Shown here in pieces: positions 50,905 to 64,000 of a stretch of DNA of 64,000 nt. The DNA is taken from contig CM119271.1 in NCBI GenBank assembly GCA_051294375.1, positions 1-64,000 on the forward strand. Reading direction: 5' to 3'. Position 1 is the stretch's first letter, and the number at the start of each line of letters is the position of its first letter. The stretch is from Paraspadella gotoi. Lineage: Eukaryota > Animalia > Chaetognatha. The notes beneath the pieces are model-generated. The model ran no database searches. It saw nothing but the letters and a program-made list of their open reading frames with translations, and was not told the origin of the DNA. A program made the translations under genes and the position numbers.

Positions 50905-52180
50905 ACCAATGGAAATGCTGATCAGTTCCCATTTAACTAAAAATGATTCAAGAACTATGAATTATATTTTCGAAAGAATTTACACACATTTCATTGGCAT
51001 GTAGAAATGTTAGAAATTTAAACACAGAATGTCGACAAGAATTTTTCTCTAGGCCCAAAGATTAACGCGTACGCGAAGCGTAGAGTGTCCTTTTTCCAGG
51101 ATCAAATAATTCTATATTTTGCGTCCAATGAGCTGATATTTTAACATAAAATAGTCTCAACGTTGGTCCTATTGCCCATTGGGTTGAAAATTATAATCGG
51201 ACAATTCTAAACCACTTAAAAATAGGCCAAAAATTTTTTTTTTAAAGTTGCATAACTTGGTCCATTTATGATAGTACGTTTCTAAATTTTACATATACAT
51301 ACTCAAAAGGTTTGTGAGATGTTGTCAGAATATGAAATAAATTTGAACAGTTTTATTACCATTTACTAAGAGAAATATTTTAGATGTGTCATTTTTTAAT
51401 CAGCCATAACTATTATATTAGTGAATATTATGCTTTAACATTACAGTCTTAGATGGGCCCTTCCAATAGCTCCTACAACATATCATGAGTTTTGGTCATC
51501 TCGAAAAAAATTTTGTCACAGGTCAAAATTTGAATAACAAAATTCAATTGTCATTTATACCTAAAATAATGCAGAGAACTGGATTGATTTTTAACCAATA
51601 AAATAGCCAAAGCATACTTTACTGTGCTGTGGTCTCAAAAATTTAAATTAAAAATAAGCATAATCTCATTTGCATATTTAAAGATTTTTCTTACTTTACT
51701 AAATTTCTCCTTACTAGGTAAGTATTTTTTTATATTGTTTTAAGTGCTTAACAATTACATAGTATAAAGCTCTTAACCTAAGCTTATTTTGGAAGAATTT
51801 TTAACTTTATTTTCAAAATTGATATTATTTTAAGATATTACTTTAAAAAAGATATTTATTAATACTTTATCAAATTTCAAATTTTTTTATTATTATAAAA
51901 AGAGGTTAAGGCAAGGATCCTAAATATATAAATTTTTGTAATTAGATCAACCAAGGCCGAGATATGGCATTTTGAAATTGTCAAAAAGTGAAAAAAATAC
52001 CCCTTTTCAAACCCCCAATAAAAAACTGTACAATCAAAAATATCTCTTTAATATTTTAAAAATAGGTAATTATTTCACTCCAAAATTAACAGTATTTAAG
52101 ATTTCAGATCAATCGAAAAACCTTTTACTATTAAATCTTTTAAGGAGAAAGTTAATATTTTTGAATAAAAATCGATTTTT

Positions 52181-53022
52181 AAAAAACAGTTTGGAGCAAA
52201 CAATGTCGGATCTGCCCATGATCATCATCCGGCTAAATTAATTAATTAAATTAATTAATTTAATTACTTCAAGTTAATCAATATTTAATTAATTTATAAT
52301 TAATTATTCAAGTTAATTATTTAATTAATTCAGGCAATAGGGTGGAGTGATGAAAAGATTCAGCGATGAACAACGTTTTTTTGCTGCCTTTGTATATATA
52401 ATATAAAATAATTTAGCCCTGTTTCAAAAAAATTTGCATAACAGTATCATTAATTGAATTTATTTTATAGTAAATATCCTATAAAAATCATAAAATTTTA
52501 AAATCAATAATTTTTTAATTTCAGGAACAGTTTTGGATTCGCCGGAAAAAACTAAAAAAACTTTTGTAAAATATGTTACAGATGATATTTTTAGGTTAAA
52601 AGCTGCGAAAAATGACTAAAATGTTTCAATCACTATAATAGTTTCTAGCTTTCTACTACAAAGTGTTAAAAAAGTGGAGAATTTGACCTGTTTTTTCCAT
52701 TTTGAACGCTGAAGACATTGAAAATTTATTAATAACATGATTTTATATTTTTCATCTAACTTTTTATGAAGAATCAGAAATCTTAATAAAATTTTTAAAA
52801 AAATTATTTTAAAATTTATAATTTATAAGATCATTACTATAAATATATTATAATTTAATGATACTGTTTCCCCAAACTCATATAAGCAAAATATTTTTTG
52901 TACCCCTTAATCATACTATCCTCACGTCTAAATTCCTTGTTTTGATCACTCAAATAAATTTATGTTCCGCAGTGCTCCACTATTATAGAGCGGGATCTGC
53001 TGCACAGCAGATCCGACTAAAA
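52181..53022 (-). mobile_element. HINE family A termini enclosing a different internal sequence
   Basis: gagcaaacaatgtcggatctgcc start and tatagagcgggatctgctgcacagcagatccgactaaaa end; the interior lacks the ~150-bp repeats. Confidence 0.7.
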
Positions 53023-55206
53023 GTAGATAGATGAATAATTGTTAAAAAGGTTAAAGTTTACGATGTGTTGAGAGAAGCGAGGGCAGAAGATTCCTTGTAT
53101 GAAACGCATATATTTTAAAATGCGGCCATATCGATTCGTCCACTCCAACGATCACCCTGGTGCAGAGTCTGAAGCAGGATGCTGAAGGCCCGCTGGACGC
53201 CGCCAGAGAAAACTGGTGGGTGCATTTTTCCTTTTGAGCCTTCATGCAACTCCGTATGAAGATTCTAACGCCCATCAAACTGACGCTAGCAAGACGCCTG
53301 ATGCTCCCCGGTTAGCTACTTCCGGTTCCAGCTATCAATAAATCAATCAATTCATTCACTATCAATCAATTCATCAATCAATAAATCAATCTATCAAATC
53401 CTCCAATCCAGATCAACCCATCAATTAATAAGTAAAGACTGTGATCTCAACATGAGCATGATTAAATTCAGCGCAATTCATAGACAAGTAAATGGAATAT
53501 ATTGTTCTTTTTCCTATCATTCATTAAAATTTACCAACTTTATTTTAGAGAAAACATCGTCTTTTTCTTTCCTGGGGTGCTCGATTTCGATAAATTTGGG
53601 TACCGAATCGACGTGGAATTACTTCTAGTCTACTTGAAACAAAATTTCCATTAAAAATTCCGTCCACGCGTTCAAAAGTTATGTGGCAAAAAACGACGGA
53701 AAAAATAGCGCCTTACCGAGGGAATCACTTTCGGGCTCCAACGTAGACGAAAAAAAGGTGGTTAACATAAATTTGAACTGACGTAGTATCAAATCATTAG
53801 TCGACCGAAATCGACGTAAAGCGCGAAATCCTACGTTCCGGCCCAATAGAAATAAATGGAAAATATTACGGAGCTGACTACGGAAAGAAAATATTGATAT
53901 ACTTGATATATTTAATAGAAACGAATTTATAAGAGAATGAGAAAATAATAATTACCGTTAATGGATGTATAATTTATTTTATTATAAGTCCGTTAGTCCA
54001 AATTAACTTGGCGCTCCACATTAAAGAGCTGAGGCGGAGCTTATCCTACCGGCTTTAGCCTCCTCTTCTGTGCGTAAACGCTTTCCGTGTGTATTGACCG
54101 TGGCGTCTGAAGAAAGAGGATAGAGGTTATATGTATTTATGTTGTTTATAGCCCATTAGCCTTAGGATCCATTTTCTCGCCGCTTTTCAAGTCGCTGGCA
54201 TGAGTTTCTTTTTTAGATCAAAAATTAATTCGTGAAGAAATCAATTCAGGATAACGAATTTTTGCACTGTAGAATAATGTTTTATTATTTTTCTATGACT
54301 TAAGAGTCTCACGTTCGAATNNNNNNNNNNNNNNNNNNNNNNNNNAATGGTACAACGAATATAAAAAATATCCATTCATTTAATAAATAAAGCTATTCTT
54401 GTCCCTGACTTTGGAACCGCTTATGTGAGTGGTCTTAATTACAGATATGAGTTGCGTTCTGCAACTTTCCAATCAGACTCTCTCACAGTCTCGTTTATTT
54501 CACTCCCAGAAGCTTCCTGGCTTACCCTAATCAATGAAGTGGTTTAATGTTTTCAAAGAATGTTTCATTGTTATGAAAAGACCACTCCCTTATAATTTAT
54601 TACATAAGCACACTCATTATTTAACTGAAGAAACGAAAATCACAGCACTCCCCCTCCTTGGCTTATAAACATTAAAAACTATGATAGTTGTAACTAAAAA
54701 TTTATATTTCCGTTCAACGGTAAAGCGTTCCAGGCTTACTAAAAAAATTTAAAAAAATAAACTTCGCTAATTCGTTTTTCAGTAAATTCGAAATTCAAAG
54801 ACCAATCTGTCAATCGAACGAGATTTTAAGGGAGAAAAAAAAAATTAATGATTGTTTCCAATCAAGGAGTCGACGATATCTCCGACTCTCGACTTTCATG
54901 GTGCGCATTTGGAATCAAATTAAAAAGAAAAACTTTGTCGACGGGGGTATTAAAAAAGGGGAGGAGGAGATCGACTGAAAATAAAAGGGGAGGGTGAGCG
55001 ATAAGGGAAAAAGGGAAAGGGAGTGGAGAGTAGTAAGGAGGCGAGGAAGAAGGTGAAAAAAACAAAAAGCGGTCGAAGGAAATTTAAGTTCCGACGACCA
55101 AGAATTTTTTTTTTTTAAGGGGTGTGAACATTTCTGAATTCTGCTCGGTTTATATTTAAAACCAGTCCACCCCGACCTCTCTCTCTCTCTCTCTCTTCTC
55201 TCTCTG

Positions 55207-55260
<54 letters not shown>

Positions 55261-57910
55261 CTCTCTTTCCGCAACCGCTCCGGTATATCAGATTATTATG
55301 GATATGAGATTCGTTACCCAAGTCTGCGTGAAGGCCTTTGTCCCCCCGACGATCCCAACGGTCACGTGACTTTGCTCATTGTCACCGTGACCGGCCGTGG
55401 CTACGTGATGGCTTGGCAGCGAAAACCGAGCTCTTCGTCGTCGTCGTCGTTCATCGTCGTCGTCAACATCGTTGTCATTGATTGTCATAATTTTATTGAC
55501 TATGTCATTGTCGGCAAAATATTGTTCGTCGATTTTTATAATAATAAGATTAGTTACTTTAGTACACATTCTCATTATTAAAATCATTGGTCGTCAATTC
55601 TTCATTTATCTTGTCGCTTTACTTAGTTTTATGTTCTTGTTGTCATTGTTATTTTTGTCCTCATTATTCGTTCAAGTCGTGTTGTCGTTTTCATGATTTC
55701 TTGCTCCTCATCGCATTAACAATCACACAAAGCGGTTTTCGTACAAACCTCAATAAATCCGCCCACAGTTTTGAAAAAAATAAAACAAAAGGATTTCACC
55801 TGGAAAAAAAAAAAATTCTCGTCCATCGTTTCTTCTCTCTCTTCTCTCTTTATCCTCCGTCAAGAGTGACACAGCAGTGACAAAGCATGTCACGTCGTCT
55901 TTGTCACGTCCGTCCTTTTGTGTTATATTTTAATGGGCGAAGCAATTTCGTTTAGTCATTGATTGGATTTTCAATTCAGCGAAAGGGGCAGAAAAAGAGA
56001 AAAAAGGCATAGGTTTATCTTACCGCGCGAAGGTAAACACAGCCTTTGTTATGTTTATGACATAAATTAGTATGGTAGCAAATAGTGGACTAGTGTTAAT
56101 AAAGTCGCGAGAGTAAAAGCGTGTTATTATTCTTTTAACCACTTTGGAGACATGGACCTAAAGTACAAGTTAGGAATTTCCTCCTCGTTATAACTGGGAA
56201 AAAATGTCTCCATCAATTCATGTTTCACATTTTCGAGGTGATCGCTCTTTGGCCTTTCGTCTTCTCTGTCCGTCTTTCTCTCTTATTTACTTCTCCTTCT
56301 TCTTTCACCCATAGTCCCATCCCTCCATTCTCTCTCCCCCAGTTCAATATTTATCCTGTTGCCTTCTGAGTATTCTTTTCTCCCCATTTTTCCTTCCTCC
56401 TCCACCTTCTCTCCCACATTTCTCCGTTATCAACTTTTCCCCCCCTCTCACTCTGCCCCCACCCCATTTTCCCTCATTCCTTCTCCCCACTTTTTCTAAC
56501 AACCCTCATCGTTATCCCACCTCTTCCTCCTTCTTCCACTCCCTTTCGTCCCTCCTCTCTCCTCCTTTCCTCCCCCTCTCACCTTTCCTCTCACCCTCCT
56601 CTCTCCCTTCCCCCCCAATTTTCTTTTCCTCCCCCCATCCCCCCCTCAGCTCAGAAATTGCGCGCGATTATTTCACTTAATTGATGTGATTCAATTAATT
56701 TTCACGCTCATACTTTGATTCCGATTTTTTTTTCACTCGTCGTCGCGTAAATCCGTTCTCTTTGATTAAACCATAGTGAACGATCTCGTTCGTCGTGACG
56801 TTTTTGCTGATCCTGTTGACGGTTCGTTTCGCATTTACACTGTTTCGGTTCGGTTCGTTCGTCCGATTTTCTGTTCGCTGTGAATAATTTCCGTCTTGCT
56901 TGATGATTCCTTTCACCTTTTTTACGTATATGCTACATTAATATCTTTCCTATTCGTAGTCGTTAACCAACAAAACATTTCCTCTCACGTTGACCCCTTT
57001 AAGTTCATAATCGATAATCTCTAGAAAACCCATCACGCTTCCCCATTCACATTTCACTTTTCTTCCATTTTCACAAATTCCTCCTTCACGACATTTCGTG
57101 TTTCTCCTTTGTCCCAACATTTTGTGATCAATTTGTGATTCACCATCGACTTTTCACGTTCGTCGTCGATGATTTTCGTCTCCTCGATCTTGTCACTCCG
57201 TCTCTATTCGCACCCTCTCACCACCCTCTCACACCCTCTCACACCACTATCACATCCTCTCACCCTCTCACCCATCCCCTATTTCTATTCATCCTTCCCT
57301 TTCTGCCCACGCCCTGTCCATCATTCAATTTCCGTTTCTCCTCTCCTCACTCCTCCTCCTCCCCTCCTTCTTCCTCCTCATTCGAAAAGCCCTACATCTC
57401 CAAATTCCTGAACTCTTCTTTGACTCGAATGTCTTTCCTTCGTTTTTTGTTCTTTTTCTCTGTTCCTCTTATCTCCATGTTCTCTGTTTGTTTCTTCATT
57501 TTTTTTGTTCGTGTTCCTCTCTAGTTATTCGTTATTCGGTTGGTCTCCCTTCTTTCTTATTTTTTCGATCTTTTAATTTTCCTCGCCTCTTTCCCTCCTA
57601 AGTACTGGATGAAGAATTATTACAAAAGACAATTCCATTAAAAAGCCAGAATTAAATCCCGGAGATCCGAAATTGGCAAAGATAATGGAACATATTTAGT
57701 CTTTGGTCCTCACGAAACCGGCACACGTCGGCACCACGGCCCCGGCACAGTGATACACTTCTTTCGTCTTGCGGAAACTCGGATATTTCCACCGTCCACT
57801 GTGCATATCGATTCCCTCGCGACTTTCCCTTTATTCATAATGTACAAGAATTACCGACCGCCACCACACTTTCATCAACGTAACCGCCTCTCCTCTTCTC
57901 TCTCTCTCGC

Positions 57911-57978
<68 letters not shown>

Positions 57979-58539
57979 CAATGCAAATCGTAAATCCGAA
58001 ACCCGACTCTTGTTCTTCCTCTCTCTGCTCTCTTTTCTTTTCCTCTCTATCTCAATCTGTTTCGCCTCTCCCTTTCTGACTCCTTCTCTCCCATTTTTCA
58101 ACGCTCTCCTGCCAGTCCACACCCTTCTCCACCATCCCGATCTCCGCCACTATCACTCCCTCCCTCCCACCCTCTCCTCTTCCTCTCCTTCCCAACCCTT
58201 CATTTCTTTCCAATCGGTGCCATGCGTGATTCCTTTGTCAGTTGCAGAATGCGATTTCTTCACAGCCGCAATGCTGTATCTTTAAAAGACCGACGACGAC
58301 GACGACGACGACACGACGGAGCATCACGGTCTTTAACAGAGTTCGCGTTGTTTGTAAACCCTTTATGTGTTTCGACTCGGCGACCCTAGGGCCGACGACG
58401 ACGACGAAATGAAGGACGACGAGACCGACGACATGGAGATCAGGAGAAGAGAAGGAGGAGAAGACACACCGAGCGTCTTCCTTTTGTGAATCCCTTTTCT
58501 CACGACCACGTTAACCCTCCTCTTCCTCACCATTTTGGT

Positions 58540-59140
58540 TACACGACGAAGAATCGACGACGATGACGACGAAACACGACCGTAGAAGACGATGACCAAA
58601 GACCGACCGAAAACGATCGACGACGAAGACGACGACGTAGAAGAGCGATGACAAAAGACGATCAAAACGTGACGACAAGACGACGACGTAAAGCGATGAC
58701 AAAGAACACGGAAAACGATGACACAAGACGATGGACGACGAAGACGCACGACGTAGAAGACGATGACAAAAGACGACGAATAACGATGGACGACGGAAGA
58801 CGACGACGTAGAAGACGATGACAAAGACGACGAAAACGATTTGACGACGAAGACGACGACCGTTAGAAGACGACGACGTAAGAAGACGATGACAAAGACG
58901 ACGAAAACGATGACGACGAAAGACGACGACGTAGAAGACGATGACGTAGAAGACGATGACAATAAAGACGACGAAAACGCATGGACGACGAAGACGACGA
59001 CGTAGCAAGACGATGACAAAGACGACGAAAACGATGACGACGAAGACGACGACGTAGAAGACGACGACGTAAGAAGACGATGACAAAACGACGAAAAACG
59101 ATTGACGACGAAAAGACGATGACGACGAAGTTTGAAAAAA
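58540..59140 (+). repeat. ~51-bp GAC/GAT-rich minisatellite (would encode DDEDDDVEDDDKDDEND)
   Basis: Unit gacgacgaagacgacgacgtagaagacgatgacaaagacgacgaaaacgat with indel noise. Confidence 0.75.
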
Positions 59141-59419
59141 GACGGAAAGACGAAACTTAGACTAATAAGATAAAATTACCTTGCCAATAAAACATTCGTT
59201 TCGATGAAATTAAATGGAATCATTCTATACTCTTGAAAACTTGTTGGCGTCCACATTAATAAGGTTAACTCAGTTATACAGGGGGACCACTGCACTGGGG
59301 ACACTAATTCCTAGTGTCCTGGTTTAGATTATTTAAATTAATCTTTGCATACATTACGGAGTTGTATTGTTATTTTATAAATTTCGGTGACCGAGAACGA
59401 AAGTGACGGAGGACGAAAG

Positions 59420-60750
59420 GTAAGGAAGAAAGGAGGAAGAAAGGGAGGAAAAAAAGGAGGAAGAAAGGGAGGAATAAAGGAAGGAAAGAAAAGAAGAAGA
59501 AAGCGGAGGAAGAAATGGGAGAAAGAAAAGGGGTAGGAATAAAAGGAGGAAGAAAGCAGAGGAAGAAAGGGAAGAAGAAAGGAGGAAGAAAGGGAGAAGA
59601 AAGGAGGAAGAAAGGGAGGAAGAAAGTGAGAAGAAAGGGAGGAAGAAAGGGAGGAAAGAAGGAGAGGAAGAAAGGGAGGAAGGAAAGTGAGGGAAGAAAG
59701 TGGAGGAAGAAAGGAAGGGAAGAAAGGGAGGAAGAAAGCTGAGGAAGAAAGGGAGAAGAAAGGAAGGAAGAAAGGGGAGAAGGGAAAGTGAGGAAGAAAG
59801 GGGAGGGAAGAAAGGGAAGAAGAAAGTGAGGAAGAAAGGAGAGGAAGAAAGTGAGGAAGAAAGGTGAGGAAGGAAAGTGAGGGAAAAAAGGAGAAGAAAG
59901 GAAGGAGAAAGGAGGAGAAAGTGAGGAAGAAATGGGAGCGAAGAAAGACGGTAAGAAAGGAGGAGAAAGTGAGAAGAAAGGGAGGAAGAAAGGGAAGAGA
60001 AAGTGAGGGAAGAAAGGGAGGAAGAAAAGTGAGGAAGAAAGGGAGGAAGAAAGTGAGGAGAAAGGAGGAAGGAAAGGAAGGAAGAAAGTAGAAGGAAAGT
60101 TGAGGAAGGAAAGGGGAGGAGAAAGGAAGGAAGAAAGGGAGGAGAAAGTGAGGAAGAAAGGGAGAAGAAAGCGGAAGAAGAAAAGTGAGGAAGAAAGGGA
60201 GGAAGGAAAGTGAGGAGAAAGGGAGGAAGAAAGCAATGAGGAAGAAAGGAGGAAGAAAGTGTAGGAAGAAAGGAGCGAAAAGAAAGGAAGGAAGAAAGGG
60301 AGGAAGAAAGTGCACGGGTGGAAGAAAGGCGAGGAAGAAAGTGAGGAAGAATAGGGAGGAAGAAAAGGGAGGAAGAAAGGGAGAAAAAAGGGAAGAGAAA
60401 GGGATGAAGAAAGGGAGAAGAAAGGGTCAGAAGAAAGGCGAGGGAAGAAAAGGAGGAAGAAAAGGGAGAAAGAAAGAGGAAAAAGGGTAGAAAGAAAGGG
60501 AAGGAAGAAAGGGAGGGAGAAAGGGAGGAAGAAAGGAAGAAAAGAAAGGGAGCGAAAGAAAGGGAGAAAGAAAGGGAGAAAGAAAGGAGGAAGAAAAGGG
60601 AGGAAGAAAGGGAAGGAAGAAAGGAGGAAGAAAAGGAGGAAGAAAGGAAGGAAGAAATGAGTCAGGAAGAAAGGGAGGAAGAAATGGCAGGAAGAAAGTA
60701 GGAAGAAAGTGAGAAGAAGGAGGAAAGAAAGGGAGGATGAAATCAGAAAA
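59420..60750 (+). repeat. 1.3-kb polypurine tract of ~12-bp GGAAGAAAG(G/T)GA repeats
   Basis: Almost exclusively A/G on the + strand. Confidence 0.9.
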
Positions 60751-60915
60751 GAAAGTCAAAGCGACGCCTCCGTTAATAATCTCGAATCCTATTTCATTAA
60801 CGACAAGACAGACCACCGACCCTCTCGTTCCCAACGTCCAATCAACCACCGATTCGGCCAAATTAAATTAATGGAATTAAAATAACGTTTTTCATCGATG
60901 CCGTTTGGTCTCTCT

Positions 60916-60957
<42 letters not shown>

Positions 60958-62186
60958 CTCTCCTCTACTCTCTCTCTCTCTTTCTCGCGCAACGAATACA
61001 ATCGAACCCCAACTCGCCTTCATTAAAACTGTAAAGTTGCGACCGTCTCTTTCGATAAGAAGAAATTTACGGGGTTTTTGAGATGAGGAGAGAGAGAGAG
61101 AAGGGCGGTGTGGAAGAGTGTTGGGACGGGGATGGAGACAGACGCGAAGATCGCGAAAAAAATGGGGGCATGGACTTTGCCAGTAGAGATATCGGAATTG
61201 GGAAAATTTTTTTTTTTTTTTTTTTTTCCCATTTTGGTAAGAATTTTTCTCCCTTCGATTTTTAAAAAAAAACATTTGGTTTTTTTTCCGCGAAAAAAAT
61301 ATCGAAGTTTCGATTGGATCTTGGTAAAAGGACAATATGCTCTACATAGCAGATTCATATTTATTCCATACAGCGGAATTTTGCCTAAAAGTTTTCTTAG
61401 CGTGGATTCAAGAATCTTCAAAAAGGCGTGAGTGGTGGGTTTTTTGGGGGTAAGTGACCAGGGAACCGACGTCTCAGGGCTTCGATGCAGATTCGACGAT
61501 TTTATCACTTTCCTCCAAAACTGACGCATAACGCTTGGAAATGAGGCCCAACGCGCTCTCTCTACTCTCTCTCTCCTCTCTGTTCTCGCGACTGGAAATC
61601 TTACGCGCGTGACTTTTACCGCCTTTCGACCGCAGAATGCCGAGGAATACATCGGCCGTCGCGCCGGCCGTTCGTTGCGAGTCCGGCGCCGCAAAGCCGG
61701 CCACCGCGGGGGCGTAACAGTTCTCAAACGAGGAGATTTTACGGCCGAAAATATCGATGAATGCAAACGGTAGTGACTTAGAATACTAATAGAATTATTA
61801 TTTCTTATTCGCATATTTGTAAATTTCGTTCGTTTAAAAATCCCCCTAAAGTGGCAGAGTGTAGTACAAACGAATTTCAGATTGAGAATGCAATTAATCT
61901 CTAATAAAATAAAAATAATTAAAATAATAAATAATAAAATAACAATAACAATGGAAATGCTAAGTCTAAGAGAGACAATGGGTAAACGATTGAGGGACGA
62001 AACTATGGACCAAAGCTTACAGAGTCGCGAAATCAGTATCAATTTTTATGTCGTGGCGAGAACGAAGGAGAAATAATTAGGTGCGTGTTGTTTGTTGTTT
62101 TTTTTTTTTTTTCTTCCACAAGATTCTGTTTTTAGAGTTTCAAGTTCAGAATAAGCTTTAAGCTCTACTTTTACCAACTTTTGAAT

Positions 62187-62291
62187 AAACAAGTTTGAGC
62201 AAACAAGTCTGGTAATTTCCAGCTAATTGAGATTGATAATCACATGGATTATAGATGTCGGGATACTGCTGTTAAGCATTTCCGACGAAAA
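62187..62291 (-). mobile_element. Internally deleted HINE family A (both ends within ~100 bp)
   Basis: aaacaagtttgagcaaacaa ... ggattatagatgtcgggatactgctgttaagcatttccgacgaaaa. Confidence 0.65.
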
Positions 62292-62411
62292 TTTCAACAA
62301 AACAAACTTGTTACATTCAACCGCTTACGTTTTCCAAATAACCTTAACGCAGTTTCGATTTTTTGTTATTTTTTCTTACTTTTTTTTTATTTTTCTATTC
62401 ATTCTACAAAG

Positions 62412-62860
62412 ATGAAGTTTTTGTCTTGATGATCTTGGCCGCGCGTTTTTGGTCGAGCGAGGAAACTGGATAATCTGGTAAAATCGTGTGATGTAGTCTG
62501 AGAGTTCACAATTGGCTAAAATTGCGACGATTGAAATTTTTTTCGATCAGGACGTCAAAAACAACTTGGTCATCGCCACCGATGACAATGACAAAAAGAC
62601 CGCTGAAGTCGCCGCTGATGACATCGATGATGAAACTGCCGATGACGATGATGACTCGGCTTCCGGCGACGCCAAGAACAAGACACTTCGTGCCGCCGTT
62701 CGAGCGGCCGTCGTTGGAAAATACCCAATCCGCCCACGACGACAGAGGACCCGGAGAATGCCGTAAGACCTGGAGACCTTGCAAAGTCATGAGCAGTGCT
62801 GCAAGCCTTTGAAGTGCAACTTGAGAGTCATGGGTGGAATTTGCTTTCATTTTTGCCTAG
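62412..62860 (+). CDS. Second copy of knottin prepropeptide gene; exons 62412-62477 and 62551-62860
   Basis: Same exon/intron layout; ORF-track pieces DVKNNLVIATDDND... and HDDRGPGECRKTWRPCK; 62247-64000 is collinear with 50284-52010. Confidence 0.8.
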
Positions 62861-64000
62861 ACCAATGGAAATGCTGCATCAGTTCCCTTTAACTAAAAAT
62901 GATTCAAGAACTATGAATTAATTTTCGAAAGAATTTAACACAAGCTTCATTTTACATTTGCATGTAGAAATGTTAGAAATCTTAAACACAGAATGTCGAC
63001 AAGAATTTTTCCTTCTAGCGATCCAAAAGATTACACTGTACGCGAAGCCGTAGAGCTGTCCTTTTTCAGGAATCAGAATAATCTCTATATTTTTGCGTCC
63101 AAGAGCTGATATTTTAACCATTAAAATAGTTCTCAACGCCGTGCTACTTGCCGCATTGGGTTTAAAATTTATATCGGATCAATTCTAAACCACCTTAAAA
63201 ATAGGCCCAATAGATTTGTTTTTTAAAGTTGCATTAACTTGGTCAATTTATGATCGTAACCGTTTCTAAAATTTAACATATACATACATCAAAAGGTTTG
63301 CTGGAGATGTTGTCCAGAAGTCTGCAATAAAATTTGAACAGTTTTATTACCATTACCTAAGAGAAATATTTTAGATGTGTCTATTTTTCTAATCACGCCA
63401 TAACTATTGATATTAGTGAATATTATGCTTTTTACATTACAGTCTTAGATGGCGCCCTTCACATAGCCTCTACAACATATATGAGTTTTGGTCATCTCGA
63501 AAAAAATTTTTGTTCACAGGTCAAAATTTAATAACAAAATTCAATTGTCATTATACCTAAAATAATGCAGAGAACTGGATTGATTTTTAACCATAAAATA
63601 GCCAAAGCATACTTTATCTGCTGGTGGTCTCAAAAATTTAAATTAAAATAAGCATAATCTCATTTGCATATTTAAAGATTTTTCTACTTTACTAAATTTC
63701 TCCTACTAGGTAAGTATTTTTTTATTGTTTTAAGTGTTAACAATTACATAGATATAAGCTCTTAACCTAAGCTTATTTTGGAGAATTTTAATTCTATTTT
63801 TCAAATTGATATTATTTAAGATATTACTTTTAAAAAGATATTTATTAATACTTTATCAAATTTCAAATTTTTTTATTATTATAAAAAGAGTTAAGGCAAG
63901 ATTCTAAATATAATAATTATATTTTGTAAATTAGATTCAACCAAGGCCGAGATATGGTCATTTTGAAATTGTCAAAAAGTGAAAAAAATACCCCTTTTCA

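Noticed and set aside
53051-53330. GC-rich segment as an exon
   Set aside because: No recognisable motif, stops in the plausible frames, no clear splice sites.
58363-60861. Long Ser/Val- and Phe/Leu/Pro-rich minus-strand ORFs (191-325 aa)
   Set aside because: Stop-free only because of GAC and polypurine low complexity.
61023-62042. 339-aa minus-strand ORF
   Set aside because: Non-ATG start, runs through homopolymer and GA tracts, no domain similarity recognised.

Overview
AT-rich eukaryotic (most likely animal) genomic DNA that is dominated by repeats and assembled partly from error-prone long reads. Six exact 25-N gaps, frameshift-riddled duplicates and a 4.8-kb 'stuttered' copy point to gap-filling artefacts. 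Supported content: (1) a 2.2-kb fold-back made of TTAGGG dimers interleaved with GC-rich spacers; (2) an 8.3-kb composite satellite locus with paired 67-bp and 22-bp arrays and a conserved ~48-bp core; (3) several Helentron-associated (DINE-1/HINE-like) elements, and a hAT element containing a Penelope pLTR that in turn contains a TTAA-flanked MITE; (4) two families of Penelope-like retroelements (RT and/or GIY-YIG) with inverted pLTRs carrying minimal hammerhead ribozymes; (5) a ~220-bp structured element with an embedded tRNA-like domain; (6) the only convincing host gene, a two-exon secreted inhibitor-cystine-knot (knottin, toxin-like) prepropeptide, present twice (50456-50904, 62412-62860). 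The ORF track misses it because of an intron and indel errors. Most ORF-track entries are low-complexity or repeat artefacts.
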